DNA of 58,564 bases, counting the filler, from Stramenopiles sp. TOSAG23-3 (Eukaryota), in NCBI GenBank assembly GCA_900128585.1. It is 6 parts of 6 records of this genome, joined end to end, with 100 filler letters (N's around TTAATTAATTAA, not from the genome) between each part and the next. Parts side by side here need not be neighbours in the genome. Positions count along the whole stretch, not along the records: positions 1 to 1,740 come from LT645461.1; positions 1,841 to 3,580 come from LT645462.1; positions 3,681 to 17,354 come from LT642616.1; 3 more parts are not named here. One strand, written 5' to 3'. Shown here piece by piece: positions 1-10,190 of the stretch (positions are counted from its first letter, which is position 1; the number at the start of each line of letters is the position of its first letter). The notes beneath the pieces were generated by a model that worked only from the letters and a program-made list of their open reading frames with translations, had not been told where the DNA came from and made no database searches. The position numbers were made by a program, and so were the translations under genes.

Positions 1-1740
1 TTCATGTTTTGTACATTTTGAATCCGGTGCTTCAATTCTTCCATTTTTGCAAAGATGGTGTGCGGGTCTTCGCACTCCTCAGCTTGACCAACGCTGGGGC
101 TCCCAAGGCCTGCGTCGTTCTCTTCACCCCTTACTATCGCAGCATCCTGCTCCCTCTTCTTCGTCGCCTTCTCTAAGCTTTTATCCAACCGGCATTGCAA
201 CTTTTCGCACTGGGTCAACAGTTCGGCCAAGTACGCACCCCGTTTCCGGAAACCAATCACGACACCCCTGCTCCCGTTGACAAGGCCCTCCTGGACGTTT
301 ATGTTCCGCAAAAGCATAACTTGGGCGTGCTTCTTCAAGTTGACGACTTTCGCGATGCGGTGCTTCTGAATGAAAACCTTTCCCCGATTCTCCAGCATAG
401 CCCTGAGCCTTGCCTTCTTCTCTTGGAACGCGGGTGTCCCGTGCCCGTACTTTGTCGCTAGTTTGGTCAGCACTTTCTCGTCCAGCCGGTACTCGTCGAT
501 ACCATCGAACCGAGTGGGGTAAGCCGGCGCAATCTTACTCAGTTCCCTGCAGTTGTCTTTCGAGACGTCTTTGTTGTAGCAGTACAGCTTTGTCGGCTTG
601 ATGACGAACCCGCCCGGGACGGCCAGCGGCGGCAGCGTCTGTGGCAGCCTGCCCAGAGCCTCTAGCTGCGCCTCGGACAATGACTTCCCCCTCCTAATCG
701 TGTTGAGAATGTCAACGAACTCGACGTTTTTTTGCCGAAACACGGTCGTCAGCTCGCAAAAGCGTATCTTTGAGCCAGGGAACGAGTAGCTCTGAAATGC
801 ATACCCGCGGTTCCCGAAAAACACGTCCACGGGCGCGTCGTCCTCCTCCAGGCCAAGCTCCCGCTTTAGTTCCGATGCGGACGGCGACGGGTCGTCGCCG
901 GGGCTCGACATTACCGGGGGGAGCTGGTAAAAGTCCCCTACCAGAATGACCTGCTTCCCTCCCCATGGGGCGAGTTCCTTGAATCGCCCGTCCTCGTCCC
1001 ATCGCTCGAGCAACAGACGGGTGTTGACTCTCGCCGCGCTCCCGCGCATTGGAACGCTTGCCATCGCGTCGAAATTCTGAATCAACGTTATCACCAGCTC
1101 CAAAAAGTCCAGCATTTCCCCAGACACCATGCTGACTTCGTCGATGACGAGGACGTCGGCGGCCCGGATTCTGTCCCGTTTCTCGACGGCCCACGCACGT
1201 GCAAACTCTTCGTGCGTCGTGGGGACCCCGATCCCGGACCAGCTGTGAATCGTAGACCCCCGTATGTTAAGCGCGGCGATCCCGGTGGGGCCCAACGGCA
1301 CGACCGTTTTCCCCTGCTTCTCCAAGTGCTCCATCGAGGCCCGGACGAGCATGCTCTTTCCGACCCCGCCTGGGCCAGTCACAAAGACGTTCTCCCCGCC
1401 CTTGATGTGCTGGAACGCGACTTCCTGGTCTGCGCTCAAGGCCGTCTCGACGATTTCCATGTCCCGTAGCAGCCGGCTGATTTCATTGATTCCGTTGGAC
1501 GGGGACTGTGGGAATGCCCCGGCCGAGATGCGACGGTTCCCGTCGCCCCAGTAGCACCTGGCCCCGCTGTCGGTGCTGCTGCTTTGGCTGGCGTGCGACT
1601 CGTACAGGAGCGAGTCCCGTGCCAACCGTTTCGGCGAGGAGGTGTCTGACCCCCAGAACGAAGACGACGTTTCTGAAAAGGCTTTTCGTTTGCTATTCGG
1701 GATGGGCAGTTTCTTCTTCAGCTCTTCGCGAAGGTCGAGA
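1..1740 (-). CDS. PIF1: PIF1-family 5'-3' DNA helicase (partial at both ends; absent from ORF track)
   Basis: Hand translation of the minus frame gives Walker A VFVTGPGGVGKS, GPTGIAALNIRGSTIHSWSGIG, Walker B VLVIDEVSM, GDFYQLPPV, ELTTVFRQ and QVMLLRNINVQEGLVNGSRGVVIGF, all PIF1 hallmarks. The frame is open from the contig end at 1740 to the window edge. Confidence 0.93.
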
Positions 1741-1840
1741 NNNNNNNNNNNNNNNNNNNNNNNNNNNNNNNNNNNNNNNNNNNNTTAATTAATTAANNNN
1801 NNNNNNNNNNNNNNNNNNNNNNNNNNNNNNNNNNNNNNNN
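1741..1840. other. Artificial contig linker (44N-TTAATTAATTAA-44N)
   Basis: Six-frame stop 12-mer centred in Ns; identical at five places. Confidence 0.97.
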
Positions 1841-2173
1841 CCGCCGTTTGTGCACCAGCACAATAACCTGCAGCGTAGGCGTCACTCTCCTGTTTCATAC
1901 GATGACCGCCAGCATCGCTTTGGCATACCTGTTAACATGCAACAAACCCAAGCGCCAGAACAGTACGCGCCTCCCCCGTTGCCCCGGTCTTTCCACGGAC
2001 ATGCATACCAAACCGCACGGTCTTGGCATGGAGAGAGTCAGGGGCGTGTCGGGGGCGTTCATCTAGACAAGGAATTGGCAGATTTATTGCTGTCGTGGTA
2101 CCACAGTGGGTACCAAGCTGGCCGTTACCAGGCCATGCGAGAAATGCAAGAGAATTCGTATCGTTACACTTAG
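1841..2173 (+). CDS. SMN: SMN-like protein, C-terminal part with YG box (5' truncated)
   Basis: A Pro-rich stretch precedes LADLLLSWYHSGYQAGRYQA, which matches the SMN YG-box pattern (L..LLSWY.SGY..G.Y). Confidence 0.7.
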   Translation, partial: PPFVHQHNNLQRRRHSPVSYDDRQHRFGIPVNMQQTQAPEQYAPPPLPRSFHGHAYQTARSWHGESQGRVGGVHLDKELADLLLSWYHSGYQAGRYQAMREMQENSYRYT

Positions 2174-2351
2174 TGGGAACTAGCTCAAGAGGCCGCGGCA
2201 TACGTCGTACGCACGAGTTCTATTTTGTACAAGTGGACGACATTAGACATGGTAAAGAACTTATAACGAAATGCGTAATTGCGTTTTTGTCAATTTTAAG
2301 AGAAAGAGTATAAAACTTTAGTGGACAAAAACAAATTAACTTTTAAATAAT

Positions 2352-2410
2352 CAAGAAAATTGGCTGTCATTTAAGTAATTAAAATTAATGTACTGCAGCC
2401 AATTTTTTGT
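2352..2410 (-). repeat. Intergenic repeat family, module A copy with internal inverted core
   Basis: CAAGAAAATTGGCTGTCATTTAAGTAATTAAAATTAATGTACTGCAGCCAATTTTTTGT is the reverse complement of the copies at 39479 and 45056. Confidence 0.85.
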
Positions 2411-2568
2411 TATTAATTCACTTCGTAAAATGAATTCAATGGTTAAGAAATTTTGTTTTTTAAAATTCAATTTTTAGAAAGACGTACTAATAGGATGCAT
2501 TTTATTTTTTTTATTTTCAGAAGAACATCAAAACAGATTCAACTCTTCACGACACGCCAGTGCTGAAA

Positions 2569-3501
2569 TTATTTTCTGAGCGACGATCGCCTGGTTACCC
2601 CTTTCATCTCAATAGTGGCTGCGGAAGGCCGTCTGCCTTGACGGCCAGGTCCAGGAACATGAAGCGTATTTGACGACTGTTTCTGTCGCTGTTTCTGTCG
2701 CTGCGTGAAATTTACTGCACTGGCTGTTGCCACGCCCGAACGAACCATTGACCACCTTCTTTGGCCTGCACCTAGTGTATTCGTAGGAGTGGAGCCAGAA
2801 TGCGATTGTGCCGGAAGCCCAGCGTTCGATGACAGACTGGAACGCCTGGATTTTCCCGTTGGATTAGTCCGAGTTGTACTAATGCTGACCCTACGAGGGT
2901 CCCGCGAAGGGGGTCCAAGCGAGCTCCGTCGCTGCTTCCCTGGCATGCTACCTCGTCTCATTCTGCCAGGGTGGGACGAGTGCAGTGGGTTCGTAAACTC
3001 CGTCGAGTGCAGGCTGCTGTCCCTCGCTGCGTTGAGGGCGCTGCCCAGCTTAACCCCTGTCCTTACCATAGACCACCGATTAGCGCTTGAGCTTCTTCGA
3101 GATTTGTGCGACCCTGGGACGAACGGTTCGTCCCCTGCGAAGGAATTCCGTACTTGTGCTTTGAACACGGCACGTTTTTCGTTTTCTAATGCGAATGAAG
3201 CACGTACTTCTGCTTTGAACCTAGCGCGTTTCTCGTTTTCCTCAACACTTTCACCGTTGAAGATACGACGGATCCTGAAAGTTATCTCTTCCTCGATCAT
3301 GTCCCTTGACACATTCGCCTTCTTCAGCTCCGCGACAACGCTCCTCATGGCGAGTCCTATGCACACAATTGCCGCCAGCACCACGAGCACGTGCACAATT
3401 ATGAGCCAAGTGCCGATGTCTCCCACGCTAACATGTTTTCGTTCTTCTGAGTTGGATATCGATAAGAACATCGTAACGACGAACACGTACGCCAAAAATG
3501 T
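2569..3501 (-). CDS. C-terminal part of a multi-pass membrane protein with a disordered cytoplasmic tail (5' truncated or chimeric)
   Basis: Two hydrophobic helices (FLAYVFVVTMFLSI; TWLIIVHVLVVLAAIVCIGLAM) are followed by a coiled segment and an RRxS-rich tail with a duplicated RWSMVRxGV motif. Confidence 0.65.
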   Translation of the reverse strand, partial: TFLAYVFVVTMFLSISNSEERKHVSVGDIGTWLIIVHVLVVLAAIVCIGLAMRSVVAELKKANVSRDMIEEEITFRIRRIFNGESVEENEKRARFKAEVRASFALENEKRAVFKAQVRNSFAGDEPFVPGSHKSRRSSSANRWSMVRTGVKLGSALNAARDSSLHSTEFTNPLHSSHPGRMRRGSMPGKQRRSSLGPPSRDPRRVSISTTRTNPTGKSRRSSLSSNAGLPAQSHSGSTPTNTLGAGQRRWSMVRSGVATASAVNFTQRQKQRQKQSSNTLHVPGPGRQGRRPSAATIEMKGVTRRSSLRK

Positions 3502-3580
3502 AGCGATGCTGGCGGTCATCGTATGAAACAGGAGAGTGACGCCTACGCTGCAGGTTATTGTGCTGGTGCACAAACGGCGG

Positions 3581-3680
3581 NNNNNNNNNNNNNNNNNNNN
3601 NNNNNNNNNNNNNNNNNNNNNNNNTTAATTAATTAANNNNNNNNNNNNNNNNNNNNNNNNNNNNNNNNNNNNNNNNNNNN
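3581..3680. other. Artificial contig linker
   Basis: 44N-TTAATTAATTAA-44N. Confidence 0.97.
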
Positions 3681-4094
3681 AAGAAGAAGAAGAAGAAGAA
3701 AAAGAAGATTTTTTATTGAATAGTACAGGTAGGAATGGGAGGAGCCGGGAGGATTCTATGCCTTCACATATAGATATTAATATAGACACAGCATACTATA
3801 ATATTTATAATTATTTATCTACAAAACAACAAACAAACAACACAACACAACGGAAAATATAATATTGAAGAAGCGCGAGAGAAGAAGAAGAAGAGAAAAC
3901 TTCTTTTTCTTCGGCAAAGAAGGATTGTATTTAATAGTATGCGAGACATGATGTATTGGAAAGGAGAGATAGAGATAGACAGATAGGCACATAAGAGTCT
4001 TTTTGTAAGTGTTTTTTTTTGATTAGACAAATAGGTTGAATTTCACGACCGTTCGATTTTTCAAGTAAAGGTTTGTGTATATGCATGTATAGTT

Positions 4095-5186
4095 ATGAGC
4101 GCGCTGGTCCACGGGAATAGCAGTTCCAGTCCAAGCTCAGCCTTTCGGGTCGGTGTGTTGGTTAGATCTTTTGAACGTGCTTTGAAACATGAGATGTGGG
4201 GAGACCTTATTGAAGCAGAGACTGAATATATGTCATTGGAGCGTTCCATGAGGTCGTTCTTGTCTGGTCCCTTAAGTTTTTCGACTGAGATTCTTCAAGT
4301 CTTGACAAAAATTCTTTTGTCAATTGTGCTGAGGCACAAATTTTTGAGCGGGCGGGAAGTCTTGGACGATAGCGTCGGGAGCGCTGGCCCTACGACGGAG
4401 GATATGAAACAAGTTCTGGTCATACTTGAAAAAATCCGCAGCGTTGAGGATAACAGCGAGCTTTTTGATATCGTGATGCCAGTGTTTCCACATTTTGTTG
4501 ATAACTTTCGAGTTGACATTATTCAACTGGAGGAAGAAATAAAAAATGGAAAACCTCGCGAGCACACCCTGGTGATGGACTACGGGGGCGATTTGGAAGA
4601 TAGCCTTCCTAGTTCTAAACTGGACGGCGACGTCGAATCTGGTCATCGGACCATCGTTTTGAAGGACTCTAGCAAAACGGAGAAGAAGGCCGCGGGGGGG
4701 CAAAATTTATACGGAAAATTCATACGAGCAGAGGATCTTCAACACGAGGCTGGGAAGAAGTACGTATCAATAACAGTGGTCAAGGCCGGAGAAAAAAATT
4801 GCGAAAAGTACACGGACCCATTCGTAGCAATGAATTTATTCGACAGTGCGGGCAACATGCTGTGCGGCGAGCAGTACACGCCAACTAGCAGAATACAGCA
4901 TTCTCGGCACGTACACTTTGGGAGCGTAAGCTCAACCTTTCACATTCCATTGTCGATACAAGAGCTGAACGCAAAAAACGCAGCAATATGCTTCGAGCTA
5001 AAACATTACAAAGTGAAAAAGAAATATAACTCCGTCAAATGCTGGTGTTTCATGGAGGTCGATGAGATTCGCGAGGGGCGGATATTCTTAGAGTGGTACC
5101 AAAAGCCTTTGGATCCTTTGAGGAAAAGAATCAGGCTCCACACTATCAAACGCTTGTTTTTAGAAATCGAATGCAAGATACGGTGA
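4095..5186 (+). CDS. AIDA: Axin interactor, dorsalization-associated (AIDA) homolog with Aida_N and Aida-C2 domains
   Basis: N-terminal WGDLIEAETEY resembles AIDA WGQLVEA..EY. C-terminal AAICFELKHYKVKKKYNSVKCWCFMEVDEI...WYQKPLDPLRK resembles AIDA C2 AAIFFEFKHYKPKK...KCFAFMEMDEI...LYKKPTD. Confidence 0.88.
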   Translation: MSALVHGNSSSSPSSAFRVGVLVRSFERALKHEMWGDLIEAETEYMSLERSMRSFLSGPLSFSTEILQVLTKILLSIVLRHKFLSGREVLDDSVGSAGPTTEDMKQVLVILEKIRSVEDNSELFDIVMPVFPHFVDNFRVDIIQLEEEIKNGKPREHTLVMDYGGDLEDSLPSSKLDGDVESGHRTIVLKDSSKTEKKAAGGQNLYGKFIRAEDLQHEAGKKYVSITVVKAGEKNCEKYTDPFVAMNLFDSAGNMLCGEQYTPTSRIQHSRHVHFGSVSSTFHIPLSIQELNAKNAAICFELKHYKVKKKYNSVKCWCFMEVDEIREGRIFLEWYQKPLDPLRKRIRLHTIKRLFLEIECKIR

Positions 5187-5978
5187 TAAAAAAATATACA
5201 TATCATGTACTTCTCCCTGGTCCTTACCTTGGTACAACGAAACAAACAAAACTTCGATAGCCATTTTACTCATACTTATTAGACTATTAAAAAATACCTA
5301 TATAAGACCACAGGGTCCTCCTCCTCGTGGAGCTCACACAGCAAATGACCGTTTACGACGTGATATTTATAAAGCAAAGCGAAGTCAGCTATAATACGCG
5401 TACGTACGAGGAGTCCGGAAACCCCTCACTTGAACATCAAATGTTTTTTTTAATAAGTACGGTACGGTGCTGTACGTACAGGTCAAATACGAGGTATACG
5501 AGGACTTGTAGAACAATTCTTGACCGCACTTATTTAGTCTGTTGTCCTTGTATTCCTCGTTTACGTACGGTACGGTACGTACTCTGTAATAGAACGAATT
5601 GCTTTTTTATATTAGAGCAGTTACAATTTGTTGTTGTTGCCGCATCATCTGACTATTATGATGGTCATTGTCACGCCGGTACGGTGGTTTAAATTATACG
5701 ATTATGATACCGTAATTATATAATCATCCAGCGAACTCTACTACTACAACCAGACGACGGCAGTATTAGCATAGGGTAGGCACCGGCGTGGTGAGAGAGA
5801 TATAATTAAATAATAATAATAATTAGTTGCGTTTCTTTTCTGGTTTTGGCTTAATAACTGAGAGTTTTTTCATTTTCTGACGACACAAATGGCTGTGACA
5901 CCTCTTTTCGCGTGAAGCTTTCAGCAGAAAACCACCTTGGTATTTCCAAGACTAGCGTTGGCGACAGGCGCTCACACT

Positions 5979-8900
5979 ATGGCGTATACGTTTCTTGTCT
6001 TTCGCGGCAACAACAGTTCGCTTATCTTGAAGGCACTCTCAAATAGACCATGGTGGGAAAATTGTGTACAGCTTCCCGCTCACTTGAAGGACGCAACAAA
6101 CAAAAACATGAAAAAAATTGCCAATAGTAGAATAGATGAACTAAACAACGAATTATTTGAGTCACAGAAATTTAATTTTTGTTGGAAAGGTTGCACTGCA
6201 ATCAAGTATGTCCCTAACGTCAAAACGGGTGCTGTTGAGTTGGTCACAGTCCACAGCGTTGAGGCCCACCCTTCGTTTGGCGCGAACAGATCAACTCCAC
6301 ACGAAAGACAGCTTGTAAACCATTTCTCCAACATAGAGACGCTAACAACCAAAAACGGGCTCTTGCGCAGCCTACAAAACTACTACAGCAAGTTTGATTT
6401 GCGCTGCTTCGACGCGACGCCCACAACTTTTATATGTACAAATGGTAAGGAAGACCCTTCGTGGTTAGAATTCTGCAAACACTTCAAAGACATTGCCAGA
6501 AACAAGATGAAGCTTACCAATATTCCGTGGAAGCAGTGTAAAAACAACATGTGGATATTGAAGCCAGTAAATAGCAATCAAGGGCAGGGCATAGAGGTGT
6601 TTAAGGAGCTGTCAAAAATCAAAGGGTTTATGCGTGGGAAATCAAAAGGGGAAGAGTGGATCTTCCAAAAGTACTTAGAACGACCCTTGTTGCTGTGGGG
6701 AAGAAAGTTTGATATTCGGATTTGGGTTCTGGTTACGGAAAATTTTGATATATACATATACCGCAATGGGTACATTCGGACGTCTTCTGAACCTTACTCA
6801 ACAAACTTGCAGTCAAGTGGAGGAGGAAAAAGTCAAAATATGGTTCATTTGACAAATTTTTGCATGCAAAAGCATGGTCCAAACGTTGGTAAATATGAAG
6901 ATGGGAATACTCTATCTTTTAAAGAGTTTCAAGATTATTTGGACGAGTTTCTCAAGGAAGACTGTGTCGATTTTAAAAACGATATATATCCTCGAATAAA
7001 ACAGCTTGTAGTGGACTCAATCCTTTCGGCAAAAAATAGCATGCACGAAGGAAATAGAGGTCGCCATTCGATGGAATTGTTTGGGTTTGATTTTATGATT
7101 GACGAAGATTACCGTGCCTGGCTAATAGAAGTGAACACGAATCCGTTTTTAGGAACCCAAAACGAGTGGCACGGAAAGCTCGTGGCCAATATGATAGAGG
7201 ACATGGTTGCACTAGTAATAGACCCGATGTTTCCTCCCCCCCCAGGAATGAACAGCGAAAATAAGGGGGCAAGGGCGACTAACGATTGGGTGATGCTTTG
7301 CAGCAAACAAAGCGACGGAAAAATAAGGTTCGCGAAGGAAATTCTTTCGTACCACAAGCGCAAAAAACTAGGTACGGCAGCGTATTACTACCCGCGAAGG
7401 ATCCCAGAAGCCGTACAAAGGCAATCGTGTGGGATAGCATATAAAGATTATCAGGATACCGGATCTGCAGACATGCAGCGGCGATACTTGAGCAGCCGTG
7501 ACAGAGCGACTCAAGAAGCCCTTGCTCGTGTCAGAAAGCACAAAATGAAAGTAGAAGTGGACAAGTCGGAAAAAATTGTGCAAGATACATTGAATAGTAT
7601 CCGGCGTGCTCGCACGAAACAACGACAGAAGGCCCGCCGAGAGAGGAGGGCGTGTTTTTTGCGCGCAGGTGACGGGCGGTCTCCAAAACCCACAACAGAG
7701 ACAAAAGGCAAAACTCTCGGAGAATCGAAAGAAACGATACGTTCCGCAAGCACACCCAAGGCCAAACTCAAAGCCCCAACCAGTAGCATGGCGCCCGGCG
7801 ACTGCGTTCCTGTCCCCCCCCGAAGCGCAAACAAGAAAAAACACCAAAGCATGTCGCGTCGAAAGAAAAATGGCACAAAAGGCCAACAAAGTCCTAACCA
7901 AAGCAGAAAGAAAGTGCCCCCGCATACTCCAATCAAGAAACAACACTCTGCGCGCACATATGTGGCGGTCGGGCAATCAGCCCGGGACATAATAAAAAAG
8001 AACCTGGGTTTGTTGCAAACTGTTCTAGAAAATGTAGCAAAAGCACACCAGTCGTTGTCAACTTCCCCAAAGCCCATTTTCTCGGTACTGGCCCCAGCGA
8101 GGGAAGAAGACGGAAAACACCAGAAAGTGTTGCGCAGCATTGAAGCATTGGCCAGCGTACCAATGTCGAATTCTGTGTTAATGCAAATGGTGCAGTCAAA
8201 CGCGATCTCTGTTTTGTGGAGTCTATGTGGGACTTGCGACAGAAATTTAAACCACCCCAAATGCATAATAGAAATCATGAACAAGTCAGAACAATTGATG
8301 TACTGCCTAACCAATTTTTTTCGTGTTCAAAGGTCCAGCCGAAGACCCATGCCTTTGCCAAATCCAATTGTTCTAGCCCACAGGGCAGCATTTCCGCAGA
8401 ACACAGGGCAAAGAGATGACCTACAAATGTTTGCTCTCCTGGCCTTGCTGCACCTGTTTGCAAATGAACCTCAGAAAACATACTCTAGACTGGACAAGTT
8501 TTATGCAATCCATACCGCATTTTATTTACACGCAAACAACCCGCAGCAAACGTTGTTACACCAGACCAAAGAGCTTTTAAATGTTTTCAAAGACCGTGAT
8601 ATTGCGGAAGCGTGTCTGGGCAGTGACGAGCCAACCATGACCTTGCTCGATCTTGAAGGTGAAAAAGACAACCAGGAACACCAGGGCATGCCTTACGTCG
8701 TACCTGCAACTAATTTTGTTTCGCCAGCCTGCGTTTACGTGAACATAGCTTATGCTATGGAAAAAATGAACAGCCTCTTTGTTGCAGATAAAGCAACCAA
8801 GTGCATGATTGTAGACCTTGCTCAAGCAGAGCTATCGGCGCGAAGGTCGAAAAGGGAAGAAAGAAATCGTCTTAAGCAGAGAGAAGAAGAAGAGCAGCTA

Positions 8901-9497
8901 GCCGCAGAATTAAAACAGGAGACAGATAAACAAAAGCGTAAGGCATGGGTTAAAAGTCGATTGCAAGAATCGTCCCTGAAACGAAAGCAATTGCTGGAAC
9001 TAGAAAAAGAGAAACTGAGAAAAATGGAGTTGGCAAAAATAGCTATAGAAAGAGAGAAAGAGAAAGCCAACGAAAAACGAAAACAGCGAGTTGAAGAACT
9101 GCGGGCAGACTGGGAACGACGAGAGCAAAAGCGCCGCGTTGAAACATCTCTCCGGCGATACCAGTTTAACAAAGCGCAAGACCGTTTAAATGAAATGTCT
9201 CTAGTGCGGCAAGAGGAAAACAAGAGGAAAATGAGCAAATGGCTGGAGATGAAAAAAATACAGCAAGCAAACGAACGGCAAAAGCGTCTCGATACGTACA
9301 AGAAGACAGCTCAGGCGCGGCAGGATTGGATTGAACAGAGACGGGAAAGGCTAGAGAACCTCATGCTCAATAAATGCAAAGAAAAGCAGGTGAAAAAAAA
9401 GAAATACAAACGATCAAAGAAAAGCAGAAAAGCCAATAATTCATCTCCTCTCCGAGGAAGCGGAAAATTCCTTCCTTCGCTGAACGTAGCCGAGTAA
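5979..9497 (+). CDS. TTLL: Tubulin-tyrosine ligase-like (TTLL) protein, possibly glycylase branch, with long basic/coiled-coil C-terminus
   Basis: WILKPVNSNQGQGI, QKYLERPLLLWGRKFDIR, HLTNFCMQK and ELFGFDFMIDEDYRAWLIEVNTNP are TTL ATP-grasp motifs. First in-frame ATG is at 5979. Confidence 0.9.
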   Translation: MAYTFLVFRGNNSSLILKALSNRPWWENCVQLPAHLKDATNKNMKKIANSRIDELNNELFESQKFNFCWKGCTAIKYVPNVKTGAVELVTVHSVEAHPSFGANRSTPHERQLVNHFSNIETLTTKNGLLRSLQNYYSKFDLRCFDATPTTFICTNGKEDPSWLEFCKHFKDIARNKMKLTNIPWKQCKNNMWILKPVNSNQGQGIEVFKELSKIKGFMRGKSKGEEWIFQKYLERPLLLWGRKFDIRIWVLVTENFDIYIYRNGYIRTSSEPYSTNLQSSGGGKSQNMVHLTNFCMQKHGPNVGKYEDGNTLSFKEFQDYLDEFLKEDCVDFKNDIYPRIKQLVVDSILSAKNSMHEGNRGRHSMELFGFDFMIDEDYRAWLIEVNTNPFLGTQNEWHGKLVANMIEDMVALVIDPMFPPPPGMNSENKGARATNDWVMLCSKQSDGKIRFAKEILSYHKRKKLGTAAYYYPRRIPEAVQRQSCGIAYKDYQDTGSADMQRRYLSSRDRATQEALARVRKHKMKVEVDKSEKIVQDTLNSIRRARTKQRQKARRERRACFLRAGDGRSPKPTTETKGKTLGESKETIRSASTPKAKLKAPTSSMAPGDCVPVPPRSANKKKHQSMSRRKKNGTKGQQSPNQSRKKVPPHTPIKKQHSARTYVAVGQSARDIIKKNLGLLQTVLENVAKAHQSLSTSPKPIFSVLAPAREEDGKHQKVLRSIEALASVPMSNSVLMQMVQSNAISVLWSLCGTCDRNLNHPKCIIEIMNKSEQLMYCLTNFFRVQRSSRRPMPLPNPIVLAHRAAFPQNTGQRDDLQMFALLALLHLFANEPQKTYSRLDKFYAIHTAFYLHANNPQQTLLHQTKELLNVFKDRDIAEACLGSDEPTMTLLDLEGEKDNQEHQGMPYVVPATNFVSPACVYVNIAYAMEKMNSLFVADKATKCMIVDLAQAELSARRSKREERNRLKQREEEEQLAAELKQETDKQKRKAWVKSRLQESSLKRKQLLELEKEKLRKMELAKIAIEREKEKANEKRKQRVEELRADWERREQKRRVETSLRRYQFNKAQDRLNEMSLVRQEENKRKMSKWLEMKKIQQANERQKRLDTYKKTAQARQDWIEQRRERLENLMLNKCKEKQVKKKKYKRSKKSRKANNSSPLRGSGKFLPSLNVAE

Positions 9498-10190
9498 GGT
9501 TCGCCAGGTCTTCACAGGAGGTAATAAATAAATATTATATAGACGACTATTTATAATTTAAATACTCTGATATTGTTGTTGTAGCATGGGATTAAATACC
9601 AATACGGTACAGGTACGGTACGGGATCCCTCTTATTCCGCTGCCCTAACTTGGTCTTGGAATAGCTGACTACCGTACGAGGACGGTACTGCGTTTTTCAG
9701 CGACTTGAAGCTGGAACATAGACGTAGCAGGAACAACAAATTGTTTCGTTGCAGTCCGTATAAGTTGAGATTAGAACGGCGAATCTCAACTCCGTTATCA
9801 TAGGCTAATAATAACAGAGAAAAACAGGTGCAGTGCATCGGATTTATTTGGAGTCTGGTACGAAGACAATGACAATTCGTATTCTTGATGGACTTGATAG
9901 AAATTCTTTGCTATTAATAATATTGTTATTTATTAGCTAATTAATAACGAAGTACCATAGTAGGGTAATAGAATAGTAGTACGAAAAAAAAAAAAAAAGA
10001 AGAAGAAGACGACCAAAAAAACACAAGAGAAGAAGAAAAAAAGTGCAGCTCGAACCTAGTCTTCCGGGCAAACCAACTTGCTTAACGGAATTTGAAAATT
10101 TCCAAAATTAATTGAAAGGTAAATTTATATCCCGAGTGAAGCCTAACGAATGATCCCGGTGAAACGACAAGGAGATATTTAAATACGGCA

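Larger units (their letters stand above)
1841..3580. repeat. 79-bp perfect inverted repeat forming both ends of contig 2 (1841-1919 / 3502-3580)
   Basis: CCGCCGTTTG...AGCATCGCT at the left end is the exact reverse complement of AGCGATGCT...CAAACGGCGG at the right end. Confidence 0.95.

Noticed and set aside
47-1792. Many short ORFs listed in the track over contig 1
   Set aside because: Shadow frames of the minus-strand PIF1 gene.
4095-5186. AIDA as an animal-specific Wnt gene implying contamination or HGT
   Set aside because: AIDA-C2 proteins are known outside animals, and the gene matches its neighbours in style (intronless, same intergenic motifs).
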